DNA from: a virus | Taxonomy: Duplodnaviria > Caudoviricetes | DNA: 64,000 bases | Reading direction: 5' to 3' (one strand) | IMG/VR virus record: IMGVR_UViG_3300047323_000320 | Span: 484-64,483 of that record | The notes under the pieces: model-generated | Databases searched by the model: none | Seen by the model: only the letters and a program-made list of their open reading frames with translations | What the model was told of the DNA's origin: nothing | Program-made: the position numbers and the translations under genes | Shown here: in pieces, positions 28,285-39,767 of the stretch | Layout: every line of letters starts with the position of its first letter | How positions within the stretch are numbered: position 1 is the stretch's first letter

Positions 28285-29505
28285 ATGGCTATTACCGGAG
28301 CAGCAGCAATCGGCGCTGTGGCAGCGGGCGTCGCGGGCGTATCGACTACCACGCTTCTTGTCGCCGGCCTCGCGATCACGGCTGTCGGCTATATCACCAA
28401 CAGCACGCTTCTGAAGAAGATCGGCGGCGGCATGAGCATCGGCGCGGGCGGTCTGAATGCAGCGCAGGGCGTCGCGGGTGCAGCCGGGGGCGCGGCGGAT
28501 GCAGCCAGCACCGGCATGGCCGCACCGAGTGTCGCGGACGTGGCGGGCGCGGGCTCGCAGGCAGCGGGCGACGTGGCAGCGTCGACCGTGGGCGCGGCGA
28601 CCGATACCAGCGCTGCAGCGGCGAGCGCGGCCGAGACAGCGGGCGTCGGCGGCAACACGTTCGGCTTTTCGACGGGCCTGAGCCCGATGACCGATGGCGC
28701 GGCTTCGACGTTCTCGACCGGCGCGCTCGACAGTGCCACGGGCGCGACCACTTCGCTCGCTGATACGGGCGTGAACACGGCCAGTTCCGGCCTGGTCGAC
28801 CAGTCGATCAACGCTAACCTGGCGTCGAATTCTCCCAATGCGCAATCGCTGGGGCAGAGCAGCGCGGCCGCCAACAGCAACCCGGCAAACGCGTTCACGC
28901 CGAACGCGAATGATCCGAACTCGATCGCGGCCAACACGAACACCGCTTCGAGCGTCACACCGGGTAGCCAGGCGAGCGGCGGCTATGGCGGTGTGAGCGA
29001 TGGCACGAGCGCAAGCGGTGGACCGGCGGCCACGGGCGGGGCCGCGAACCCTGGAGCGAACGGCTACGGCTTCACGACGGATGGCACGCCCCCAGGCACC
29101 GCGACCGGGCAGGCTACGTCGGCGATGCAATCAACGGTATCGCCCGTGCCGGGTCCGAGTGGCACGTATGGCATGCAGAACCCGATGGACATGTGGGACC
29201 AGTTCATGAACAAGGTGCAGACCACGTTCGGCGACATGGACAAGTACACGAAGAACGGTCTTTTCCAGACGACGGCGGGCCTCGCGCAGGGCCTCGGCCA
29301 GGGCGCGCTCTCGATGATGTCCGAGTCGCAGAAACAGAAGCTCCTGAAGCAGCAGCAGGATTGGGAACACGCGAACATGTCCGGCGCGGCCATGCCGACA
29401 GTGGGTTTCAGACCTAGCACGGCAAACCCGTACCAGACGAATCAGGCGGGCACGTATCAGGGCGCGCGGCCGGCAGTCGGCCTCATCAACGCGGCGAAGG
29501 GGTAA
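28285..29505 (+). CDS. Ejection protein with hydrophobic N-terminus (putative)
   Basis: Gly/Ala TM-like N-terminus and low-complexity middle. Confidence 0.7.
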   Translation: MAITGAAAIGAVAAGVAGVSTTTLLVAGLAITAVGYITNSTLLKKIGGGMSIGAGGLNAAQGVAGAAGGAADAASTGMAAPSVADVAGAGSQAAGDVAASTVGAATDTSAAAASAAETAGVGGNTFGFSTGLSPMTDGAASTFSTGALDSATGATTSLADTGVNTASSGLVDQSINANLASNSPNAQSLGQSSAAANSNPANAFTPNANDPNSIAANTNTASSVTPGSQASGGYGGVSDGTSASGGPAATGGAANPGANGYGFTTDGTPPGTATGQATSAMQSTVSPVPGPSGTYGMQNPMDMWDQFMNKVQTTFGDMDKYTKNGLFQTTAGLAQGLGQGALSMMSESQKQKLLKQQQDWEHANMSGAAMPTVGFRPSTANPYQTNQAGTYQGARPAVGLINAAKG

Positions 29506-29508
29506 CGC

Positions 29509-30150
29509 ATGGCAAAGAACGACAAGCAACCGCCGGCCGCCCCGGCGCCGGCCGCACAACCTGACGCACAGGCGGCCGCACAACCGGCCGCACAACCGGG
29601 CGGCACGCAGCTGAGCCAGGACAAGCTCATCGCGACCGTCCAGCAGAAGGTACGCGACAGCGTGCCGCCGCAGTTCCGCGTCGCGGTGCAGAAAATCTAT
29701 CTCGCCGGCATGAAGCTCATGTATTCGCCGGAAACGCACCAGATCATGCTGCAGCAGCTGCAGGGCAGCAACTTCCCCGCGCAGTCTGTCGCGCGTGGTA
29801 TCGCCGCGCTCATGACGATCATGTATCGCCAGTCCAAAGGGCAGATGCCCATTCCGGCGGCCGCGCCCGCTGCGATCCTGCTCGCCTGTGAAGCGCTCGA
29901 TTTTCTGGAGCAGACCCAGCACCTGCAGGTGACGGCGGACCTCGTGAGCGACACGGTGCAGCAGCTCGTCGCGATCCTGCTGCAGAAGATGGGTATGACG
30001 CCGGACAGCATGGCGGCTGACGTGCGCCATAACGCACAGGCCGCTGGCATGAAGGTCCCAGGGCAGGCGCCGCTGCCGACTGCAGCATCCACGCCCCCAG
30101 GCTCGACACCGGGCCAGGGCGGCCTCGTACAAGCACAGATGGGAGGCTGA
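29509..30150 (+). CDS. Putative internal virion protein
   Basis: Operon position, helical. Confidence 0.7.
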   Translation: MAKNDKQPPAAPAPAAQPDAQAAAQPAAQPGGTQLSQDKLIATVQQKVRDSVPPQFRVAVQKIYLAGMKLMYSPETHQIMLQQLQGSNFPAQSVARGIAALMTIMYRQSKGQMPIPAAAPAAILLACEALDFLEQTQHLQVTADLVSDTVQQLVAILLQKMGMTPDSMAADVRHNAQAAGMKVPGQAPLPTAASTPPGSTPGQGGLVQAQMGG

Positions 30151-30151
30151 T

Positions 30152-31342
30152 ATGGCAGACCTTGGGCTCATCCTTGGCGCGGCCCTCGCGGGCGGTGTGG
30201 CGGGCGCTGGCGGCGCCGCAAAAGACGCATTGAAGTCGCAGCAGGAATACATGCAGAAGGATGATCTGATCCACCTGCAAAACCAGCTGGACGAACAGAA
30301 GCAGCTGCGGATTCAGGAGGCGCATCAAACCTTCCTCTCGGGCCAGCAGGACAAGCTGTTTGGCCATGAAGAAACGATGCAGGGCAGCCTGTTCGCGCAC
30401 GATTCCGGCGAGAAAAAGCTGGACCGTGCAAACGTGCTCGATAACACGAAGCAGCAGGGCGACAACGCGATGGCCGTGGAACAGGTCCGCGCGTCGACGG
30501 AAATGGCGATCGCGTCGATGAACCGGCAAACGTCGCTGGCCGTCGCGCGCATGGCGCACGCTGCGCAGTCGGTCCAGTCGGACGCCACCGGCCTGATGTG
30601 GAGCGTGGGCGTCGGTCCTGATGGCAACGTGACGACGCAGCCTCTCACCGGGCCCGATGGCAAGCAGCTGCAGGGGCCGAAGAATATCGACGCCGCGACC
30701 GGCATGTTTGTGAAGGCGCTCACCGAAACTGCTGACCTCGCCGCGAAAAACGGCGACACGGAAGGTCACGACGTTGCCGTGCAGCGCATGAGCATGCTGC
30801 TCTCGGGCACGCCGCTCAAGGATGTCATGGGCATGTCATCGACGGACGTGCCGCCGGCGCGCGCACTCGCCGCGCTGCAGACGCCGGAAGGCCAGGCGCA
30901 CTACGCCGACTTCAAGGCGAAGTGGCCAAAGTTCGCCGCGCAGATGGAAACCGGCGGCACCGTTCCCAAAGGCGCGGGCGATGGCTCGGGCAAGACCAGC
31001 ACCGCGCCCAATCCGTTCGCCAGCGCGACCAGCACGGGCACACCGGGAACGCCGCCACTACCGGGCAATGGTCCGGCCGTGCCGACAGAACAGGTGAACC
31101 GGCCGGCGCTTGTGGGCGGGCAGCTGCCGCCGGCCGCCGCTGGCTGGCAGGGGCGCCCCGAAGTGACGCCGCCAGCAGGCGTGGCCCCGGTTACGCCGGC
31201 CGCACCTGCGGCGCCCGCACCGGCCGCGCCCGCGCCGACGTTCGCGCAGTCCGTCCGGCCGCCAGCATTCGCCGCACCTGCGCCCAATGTTCTCGACCCG
31301 GTAGGCCAGGGTCTTATCACACAGCAGATTACCCAACGCTAA
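30152..31342 (+). CDS. Putative ejection protein
   Basis: GxxxG N-terminus, coiled coil and Pro-rich tail. Confidence 0.7.
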   Translation: MADLGLILGAALAGGVAGAGGAAKDALKSQQEYMQKDDLIHLQNQLDEQKQLRIQEAHQTFLSGQQDKLFGHEETMQGSLFAHDSGEKKLDRANVLDNTKQQGDNAMAVEQVRASTEMAIASMNRQTSLAVARMAHAAQSVQSDATGLMWSVGVGPDGNVTTQPLTGPDGKQLQGPKNIDAATGMFVKALTETADLAAKNGDTEGHDVAVQRMSMLLSGTPLKDVMGMSSTDVPPARALAALQTPEGQAHYADFKAKWPKFAAQMETGGTVPKGAGDGSGKTSTAPNPFASATSTGTPGTPPLPGNGPAVPTEQVNRPALVGGQLPPAAAGWQGRPEVTPPAGVAPVTPAAPAAPAPAAPAPTFAQSVRPPAFAAPAPNVLDPVGQGLITQQITQR

Positions 31343-31351
31343 GGGGCCGCC

Positions 31352-34300
31352 ATGGCGGACAACTACTGGAACCAGTTCGACAAGCCCGCTTCGCCTGGCG
31401 CGGCGGGCGGTGGATCGGGCGCCGACTTTTGGGACCAGTTTGACGGTCCCGACCGGGGCCTCACGGGCGACGTGAAGGCCGGCCTTGCGCATACCGGCGT
31501 GAGCCTGCGCAACATGGCAGGCGGCGCCGAGAAATTCGTCGGTCGTGCGGCCGACGCCGCCGGCGATGCGTTCAACTCGGACACGTTGCACGGCATCGGC
31601 TCGCACCTGATGCAGTCAGGCAGCGACATGCAGAACGCGGCGGCCGCCAACGAAAACGGCAGCAACACGCTGGGCTTTGAAGGCCAGAACAGCACGCTTC
31701 GCCGCAACGCCTATGGCGTGGCGGACATGGGCGGCCAGATGGCCGTGGTAGGCGGTACGGGCGCGCTCGCGGGCGCGGCCGCTGGCGCCATGTTCGGCGG
31801 TGTGGGCGCAATCCCTGGCGCGATCCTCGGCTGGGGTATCGCCAACATTGCCGCGCTGCCGGCGATGCTGGGTCTCTCGCAGGCGTCGAACACGGCCGAC
31901 AAGGTGGAAGCGAAGGAGCTGGCTGACGGCAAGAGCGCGAGCGAAGCGAAGCACGATGCGCTGGCCGCCGGCGCAATGACGGGCGGTGAGACCGCGCTGG
32001 GCGCGGCCGCAATCGGCGCGCTGGGTCCGGTTGCGAAGCTCGTGGGCCGTGCCGCCACGGGCGCCGTGGTGGAAACTGCACTGCGCGCGACGGCGAAAGA
32101 CGTGGCGCTCGATACGGCCAAGGCGACCGCGCTGGGTTCGGCGGCCAACGTCGGACAGACGGCCGCGATCGAAGGCACTGAACAGGCGTACGGCGTGGGC
32201 GAAGGCCCGACCGCGCAAGGTCTCATCGACGCGGGTATCCAGGGCGCGGCAATCACGGGTCTCAGCCACGCACCGGGCGCCGCGCTGCGCGCGTCCAGCG
32301 CCGGGAAATATACCGGCCCCTTGCTGGACCCGCAGGCAGACCCCGAAGCGCGACAGAAAGCGGCGCTGGGCGCAATGGCCGTGATTGCCTCGCGCGATCC
32401 GGCACTCGCCAAAGACTTCGGCCTGTACGCGCAGGACCGCATCGCCAAGGGTTTGCCCATTGATCTTGGCGGGTCAGAAACCGTTGAGAATGCAGACGGC
32501 AAAACCACGGTCAAACGCGGCGACGACATTTACCGGGCCTTTGCACGCCAGCAGGAACAGGCGCAGGCCGACGCCGACACCGGCGCGACCCGTACGACGC
32601 AGGACGTGTCGCCGACGTTCGTGCCGACTGGCGACGAGCTGGCGGCCGCCAAGGGTCCGATCCAGGACAACGGCATTCCCGCTGCCCAGGGCCGCGACCA
32701 TCCCGACATCGTGACGCCGGACGGTCTCCCGACTGCTGCAAGTGGTACGCCGTCGTGGATGACGGCCGCCGCGAATCCGACGCTGCGCACGCCGGAACCG
32801 GAACCCGTGCCGCAATCGGCCCCGCCGTCGATTACCGACACCATCGGCACGATCATGCACGCGGGCTCGATTGATGAGGCCGTGGCGGGCGCCGAACAGG
32901 CGATTGGCGGCAGCGCGGCGGATATGGTCCATCGGGTCAACGCGATCGGCGAAGCGGCCGGCGTCGTCACGCCCGAGGGCGCCGAAGCGACGCCGAGCGC
33001 GGATAACCTGGCGACTGATCGCGCGTTTTTCGCGGACCAGGCGGACGCCGCGCAGCGCGACATGCGCCAGCAGGCATTCGACCAGGCACAGGCACAACCG
33101 ACGCCGGCCGTTCCGGCGGATGCGTTCGCCGCGCGTGAGGCGCAAGCACGGGCCGAAGCGCAGGCACAGCGCGACGCCGCGCACCAGCAGATGCAGCGCG
33201 ACCAGCTCGCGCAGCAGGCCGACACAGCGGGCCAGGTCTCGACCGCGACAGAAGCCGCTGCACCGCCCGCTGAAGCCCCGGCAATGTCGCGGGCCATGCA
33301 GGGCTCGCTGGACCGCGCAGCGGCCCGTATGCAAGGCGGCAAGCAGGTTTCGACGCTCGACCTTGGTATGCTGTCGCAGCATCATCCCGACCCGGCAATC
33401 CAGCAGCAGGCCGCGACTGCGCTGGAGCTGCGCAAGAACCGCGACATCGTGCAGCCTGTCGCAGAAGCGCCGCAAGGCGTTCGCGCAGCTGAGGCGGCCG
33501 AGCCGATCGGCGGCCGTCCTGGCGTCACGACCATCGACGCCGCCGGCGCGATGCGCCAGGGCGAACCGGGCGCGCAGTTCAGCCCCGCGCGTGGTGCCGT
33601 CGATCCGCGCGTGAAGGCCGTGCAGGACGCGGTAGACCAGCAGGCAGGTGAAGGCAAGGCCGCGCCGGCAGTCGTCCACGTCGACCCGGCGACATTGCCG
33701 GAAACACGCACGGCCGCGAACAACGGTGTAGAAGGCGCAACGACACTATCGAAGAGCGAGGCGGGCCTGTTGCAGAAGGCGGCCGGCATCTTCAATAAAA
33801 AGCTCGTGCTGTTCCGGCAGGAAGGGGGCGTGCCGCCGGATGGCATGGTCCTGAAGTCGGACCCGAAAACCATCTACATCAACGCCGACGCCGCGAGCGC
33901 GCATCACCTGGTTGTATTCGGGCATGAGCTGGCGCATCAGATGCGCACCGACGCGCCCAAGCTCTTCGACGCGATGCGCAAGTCTGTGCTGAAGGAGGCC
34001 GGCAAGGGCGCGCAAAGCGAGTTCATGCGGTACTACACGGGCAAGGACATGACGCCCGAGCAGATCAAGGCCGCGCTGGCAGACAAGCCCACGGCTGACC
34101 GCATGACCGAAGAGTTTGTGTCGGACCTCGTGGGCAACCGCTTCAGCGAGTACCGTACGTGGCAGCAGATTTTTGCGAACGCAGGCAAGGAAAATCGCGG
34201 GCTCGTGTATCGCATCGCCGACTACATTACGAAGTTCATTGACCATATCCTGGCCAATACTTCATTCAGGAAGTTCGCCACGGACGACATGGTGAACAAC

Positions 34301-37300
34301 CTGAACGGTGTGCGTCAGTCGGTACGCCGCGCGCTGGCCGATTACTCTGCGCTGCAGGGCGACAAGGCGATGGCGCACGAAGCCGAGCAGCTGCGCGCAC
34401 GACAGGCAAACCGCACGGAAGCGACCGAGCCTAAAAAGCTCGTGGAGCCCGTGGCCAACGATCGTGCGTTCATCGGCAAGGCACCGAGCAAGGCCGCGCC
34501 CGCAGCTGTGCCCGAGCGCGCCGCGCCGGCGGTCCAGGGCTCGCGCGACATCGAGCCGGTCGAACCGCCGAAGAAGTACGGCAAGGCACCCGAAAAAACC
34601 GTTCTCGAGCGCTCCCAGGATTCTGGGAAGCCTGAAGCGCCGGCCGAAGCACCGAAGATGGCCGCGCCGGCCGCAACGCTGGACGAAGCGAAAGCCGCGG
34701 AGTCGGCGCGCCGGCAGGCCGAGATTGTGGCCGAGATTCGCGCCGAGCGGCAGGCGGCCGCCGAGAAGCGCAGCAACGTTGCCAAGGAACGCGAAACGGT
34801 AGACCCTGAACGCGATAGCCTGTGGACCGCGCTGAGCAAGCTGGGCGGACTGAACGCGGATGAAGTGAAAAGCCAGTGGGGCTATGAAGGCTCGCTGGGT
34901 AAGAGCGGCCAGCGCAATCTGCCTGCACTGTTCGATGGTTTCCGCCGGCTCGTGACCCGCAACGGCATGAGCCTGGAGCGCGCGACCGAAGCGCTGCACG
35001 AGCTGGGCTACCTGAAGGGCGAGGACCAGCACGAGCTGGAGCAGCGTTTCCGGGAAGCCGAGGGCGGCGACCATCATTACACCGATGCTGGGTACGCTAA
35101 CCAGCATGCGGCCGAAGAGGCGCAGCGTTATGCTGAGCGCAATCTGACGCAGCAGGACATCGCGGAATCGGGCTATCATGAACAGCCAGAAGAAGCGCAG
35201 GCCGCAATCCAGGAGTATTTCAATGAACCGCAGGTTGACACCGCCGCCGATGAAGCCGAAGCCGGCCGCCAGCGCGACGCCGACGAAGCCAGCGCCGAGC
35301 GCGAGCGAGTCGAACGGGAAACCGACGCCTACCTCCTTGAGCAGTACAGCCGCCGAGCCAGGGAGCAAGGCGAAGGCGTTCATCGCGAAACTGGAAGCGT
35401 CGAATCTGACGCCGGCCGAGAAGGCGAGCGCAACGCGGACACTCTTGAATCTCCTGCGCGCGCAGGAGAAGAATCGGGCGCGGGGCCGCACGAAGTCGAC
35501 TGGCAAAACGCCGACTTCGGACTAACGCCTGAGAGCCAGGCAGAAGGTGAGGCACGCCTGGCGCGCGAAGAAGCTGCGCGCGCCGAGCAGGAAAGCGCCG
35601 GCCGCCAGGCCGATCGCAAGGCAGAAGCCGACGCGCAACGCGACGGTTTCAAACTCACCGGCAGCGACCGCGAGGCCGACGCCAACCCCGACCAGGATGC
35701 GCTCTTTTCCACCGTGCGCGGCAAGCACCTGGGCGACCTCAATGCAGCTGAGGAAGCCGCAGTGCGCAACGTCCTGAACGTCGATAACAAGCCCATCAAG
35801 GAAAAGTGGCAGGACTACAAAAAGGGCTTGGGCAAGCGGCTTGAGCAGGGCATCGCTCACCGTTACGCCGCACTCAAGGACGTGTCGCCACTCGCGCATA
35901 TGCAGGCGCGACTGGCGCGCGGCTCAGACGGCGCGCTGGAAGCACAGCTGATGTACGGCAAGGTCTTTGTCCACGACGACGGCTCCTACGATGTGAAGGT
36001 CAACGCGAAGGGCGGCTTCGCCAATGTCCTGCGCAAGCTGGGCGGCGAACACAATCGCTTCTTCCTGTGGATTGCCGCGCACCGCGCCGACGAACTGACG
36101 CAGCAGGAGAAGGAACGCCTGTTCAAGGGCGCCGACATCGAAGTGCTGAAGAACCTGGACCGGGGCCGTGAGGCGAAATTCGCCGAGGCCCTGAAAGATT
36201 ACCAGGACTACAACAAGGCAATCCTCGACATCGCAAGCAAGTCCGGCCTGATTGATGAGGCCACGCGCGATGAAATGGCTTCGCGCATGTACGTGCCGTT
36301 CTATCGCGCGCTGCAGGACCAGGAAGGCCCCGCCGGCCCGCGCAACGTGTCGGGGCTCGTGAACCAGTATTTCTCCAAGACGCTGAAGGGCGGCACCGAG
36401 AAACTGAACGACGATCTGCTGGCGAACGTCATGCAGAACTGGTCGCACCTGCTGGGGGCTTCTGCCCGCAACCGTGCCGCGCGCACGGCGATGGAAGCGG
36501 GCGAGAACCTGGGCATTGCCGAGCGGGTGAAGAGCCCGGAAGCGGCGACCAAAAACGCTATCAAGGTCATGGTCGACGGCAAGGCCGAGTTCTACGAAGT
36601 CCACGATCCGATGTTGCTGGGCGCCGTGTCGGCGATGTACGCGCAGGTTCCGAAGTGGATGAAGTCGCTATCCACGTTCAAGCACGCGCTTACGTTCGGC
36701 GTCACGTCAATGCCTGGCTTCAAGGTTCGAAACCTGATCCGCGACACAATCACGTCGATCGCCATTTCACCGGACATCAGCGCTAACCCGCTGGAGAACG
36801 TGAGGCGCGGCTGGGCGGGCACGGCGCACGACAGTCAGACGCGTGCCTCCATGCTCGCATCGGGCGGCATTATCCGCTTCGGCAACCTCGCCAAGGACGG
36901 GGACGCTGCACGCACGCACCGTATGGTTATGGCCGGCGTGCCGCGTGACTCCATCCTGGATTCGCCTGGCCGGTTGAAGGCGTTCGCCGATACCGTGCGG
37001 GACAAGTGGGACGCCTATGCGGAGCTGGGCGACCGTTCGGAGAACATCAACCGTGCGGCGCTGTATGAGCGGATGATCGCTGAAGGGCACAGCCACATGG
37101 AAGCGAGCTTTGCGGCCCGCGACCTGTTGGACTTCTCTGACGGCGGCACGAACCCGGTTGTGCAGTTTTTCGTCCAGTCGGTGCCGTTTTTGAACGCCCG
37201 TATCCAGGGCCTCTTCAAACTCGGCGAGGCGGCCACGAAGCCTGAGACCCGCAAGCGCTTCTATGCCATTGCTGGCACGGTCGTGATGGCGAGTCTCGCC

Positions 37301-38254
37301 AACCTGTTGATGTACCAGGACGATAAGGACTTCAAGGCCCGCGAGGATTGGGACCGCGATAACTACTGGTGGTTCAAGGTAGGCGGAGAAGCGTTCCGCA
37401 TTCCGAAGCCGTTTGAGCTGGGCGCGATCGGCACGACGGCAGAGCGTATGTGGGAACTTCATTCGGACCCGTCGATGACGGGCGGGCGCTTCGCCCATGT
37501 GGTCGGCAAGATGATCGGTAGCCAGTTCAACCTGGACCCTACGCCGCAGATCGTCAAACCGCTCGCCGACGTGTATTCGAACCGGGATTCGTTCACTGAG
37601 CGCCCGATCGAAAACCAGTCCATGCAGAAGATGCAGCCGCAGGACCGTTACAACGTGAACACGTCCATGCTTGCGAGGGCGCTGGGAAGCCTTCCGGTTC
37701 CAGAGCCGCAAAAGCTGATCGTCAACTCCACGTTTGAACGGCTCTCGCCGGTGCAGTGGGACGCGCTGCTGAAGGGTTACTTCGGCGGCATGGGTCAGTT
37801 CATCATCGACCTGTCCGACGCCGGCGCGCGGCCGCTGACGGGGCAACCGTCCAGCGGCAAGCCGACGTTCAGCTTCGACAACGCGCTGCAGACCCTCTCC
37901 ATGGGTTTCCTGAAGCCCACGGAAGGCCAGCAGACGCGCTACATGACGGACTTTTATGACCAGCTCACGAGTATCGAGCAGGCCCATAACTCATGGCGCG
38001 ACGCAATCAAGACAGGCCAGCCGGACAAGGCCCGTCAGATCATGTCTGAGAACAGGCAGCTTATCAGTGCCTATTCGATGGCAGAGACCGTGAAGCGCCG
38101 CGAGTCCGCCCTGAACGTCATGGCCCGTCGCATCCAGAACAGCACTTCCATGGATGACGACACGAAGCAGGCGCGACTGCAGGCGCTCCAGGAGCAGCGC
38201 AACCAGCTCGCGCAGCGCATGGCGCAACGCCTGTCAGATCGCATCAACCAGTAG
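31352..38254 (+). CDS. 2300-aa polyvalent internal virion protein (zincin-like HExxH domain and LPD38-like C-terminus)
   Basis: GHELAH...EEFVSD; VPFLNARIQG; W.R..YWWF....RIPKPFELG. Confidence 0.85.
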   Translation: MADNYWNQFDKPASPGAAGGGSGADFWDQFDGPDRGLTGDVKAGLAHTGVSLRNMAGGAEKFVGRAADAAGDAFNSDTLHGIGSHLMQSGSDMQNAAAANENGSNTLGFEGQNSTLRRNAYGVADMGGQMAVVGGTGALAGAAAGAMFGGVGAIPGAILGWGIANIAALPAMLGLSQASNTADKVEAKELADGKSASEAKHDALAAGAMTGGETALGAAAIGALGPVAKLVGRAATGAVVETALRATAKDVALDTAKATALGSAANVGQTAAIEGTEQAYGVGEGPTAQGLIDAGIQGAAITGLSHAPGAALRASSAGKYTGPLLDPQADPEARQKAALGAMAVIASRDPALAKDFGLYAQDRIAKGLPIDLGGSETVENADGKTTVKRGDDIYRAFARQQEQAQADADTGATRTTQDVSPTFVPTGDELAAAKGPIQDNGIPAAQGRDHPDIVTPDGLPTAASGTPSWMTAAANPTLRTPEPEPVPQSAPPSITDTIGTIMHAGSIDEAVAGAEQAIGGSAADMVHRVNAIGEAAGVVTPEGAEATPSADNLATDRAFFADQADAAQRDMRQQAFDQAQAQPTPAVPADAFAAREAQARAEAQAQRDAAHQQMQRDQLAQQADTAGQVSTATEAAAPPAEAPAMSRAMQGSLDRAAARMQGGKQVSTLDLGMLSQHHPDPAIQQQAATALELRKNRDIVQPVAEAPQGVRAAEAAEPIGGRPGVTTIDAAGAMRQGEPGAQFSPARGAVDPRVKAVQDAVDQQAGEGKAAPAVVHVDPATLPETRTAANNGVEGATTLSKSEAGLLQKAAGIFNKKLVLFRQEGGVPPDGMVLKSDPKTIYINADAASAHHLVVFGHELAHQMRTDAPKLFDAMRKSVLKEAGKGAQSEFMRYYTGKDMTPEQIKAALADKPTADRMTEEFVSDLVGNRFSEYRTWQQIFANAGKENRGLVYRIADYITKFIDHILANTSFRKFATDDMVNNLNGVRQSVRRALADYSALQGDKAMAHEAEQLRARQANRTEATEPKKLVEPVANDRAFIGKAPSKAAPAAVPERAAPAVQGSRDIEPVEPPKKYGKAPEKTVLERSQDSGKPEAPAEAPKMAAPAATLDEAKAAESARRQAEIVAEIRAERQAAAEKRSNVAKERETVDPERDSLWTALSKLGGLNADEVKSQWGYEGSLGKSGQRNLPALFDGFRRLVTRNGMSLERATEALHELGYLKGEDQHELEQRFREAEGGDHHYTDAGYANQHAAEEAQRYAERNLTQQDIAESGYHEQPEEAQAAIQEYFNEPQVDTAADEAEAGRQRDADEASAERERVERETDAYLLEQYSRRAREQGEGVHRETGSVESDAGREGERNADTLESPARAGEESGAGPHEVDWQNADFGLTPESQAEGEARLAREEAARAEQESAGRQADRKAEADAQRDGFKLTGSDREADANPDQDALFSTVRGKHLGDLNAAEEAAVRNVLNVDNKPIKEKWQDYKKGLGKRLEQGIAHRYAALKDVSPLAHMQARLARGSDGALEAQLMYGKVFVHDDGSYDVKVNAKGGFANVLRKLGGEHNRFFLWIAAHRADELTQQEKERLFKGADIEVLKNLDRGREAKFAEALKDYQDYNKAILDIASKSGLIDEATRDEMASRMYVPFYRALQDQEGPAGPRNVSGLVNQYFSKTLKGGTEKLNDDLLANVMQNWSHLLGASARNRAARTAMEAGENLGIAERVKSPEAATKNAIKVMVDGKAEFYEVHDPMLLGAVSAMYAQVPKWMKSLSTFKHALTFGVTSMPGFKVRNLIRDTITSIAISPDISANPLENVRRGWAGTAHDSQTRASMLASGGIIRFGNLAKDGDAARTHRMVMAGVPRDSILDSPGRLKAFADTVRDKWDAYAELGDRSENINRAALYERMIAEGHSHMEASFAARDLLDFSDGGTNPVVQFFVQSVPFLNARIQGLFKLGEAATKPETRKRFYAIAGTVVMASLANLLMYQDDKDFKAREDWDRDNYWWFKVGGEAFRIPKPFELGAIGTTAERMWELHSDPSMTGGRFAHVVGKMIGSQFNLDPTPQIVKPLADVYSNRDSFTERPIENQSMQKMQPQDRYNVNTSMLARALGSLPVPEPQKLIVNSTFERLSPVQWDALLKGYFGGMGQFIIDLSDAGARPLTGQPSSGKPTFSFDNALQTLSMGFLKPTEGQQTRYMTDFYDQLTSIEQAHNSWRDAIKTGQPDKARQIMSENRQLISAYSMAETVKRRESALNVMARRIQNSTSMDDDTKQARLQALQEQRNQLAQRMAQRLSDRINQ
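34594..34632 (+). repeat. 39-bp repeat, copy 1
   Basis: 36/39 identical to the reverse complement of 56751-56789. Confidence 0.85.
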
Positions 38255-38257
38255 GCT

Positions 38258-39751
<1,494 letters not shown>

Positions 39752-39767
39752 TCGAATATCTCCTGCG

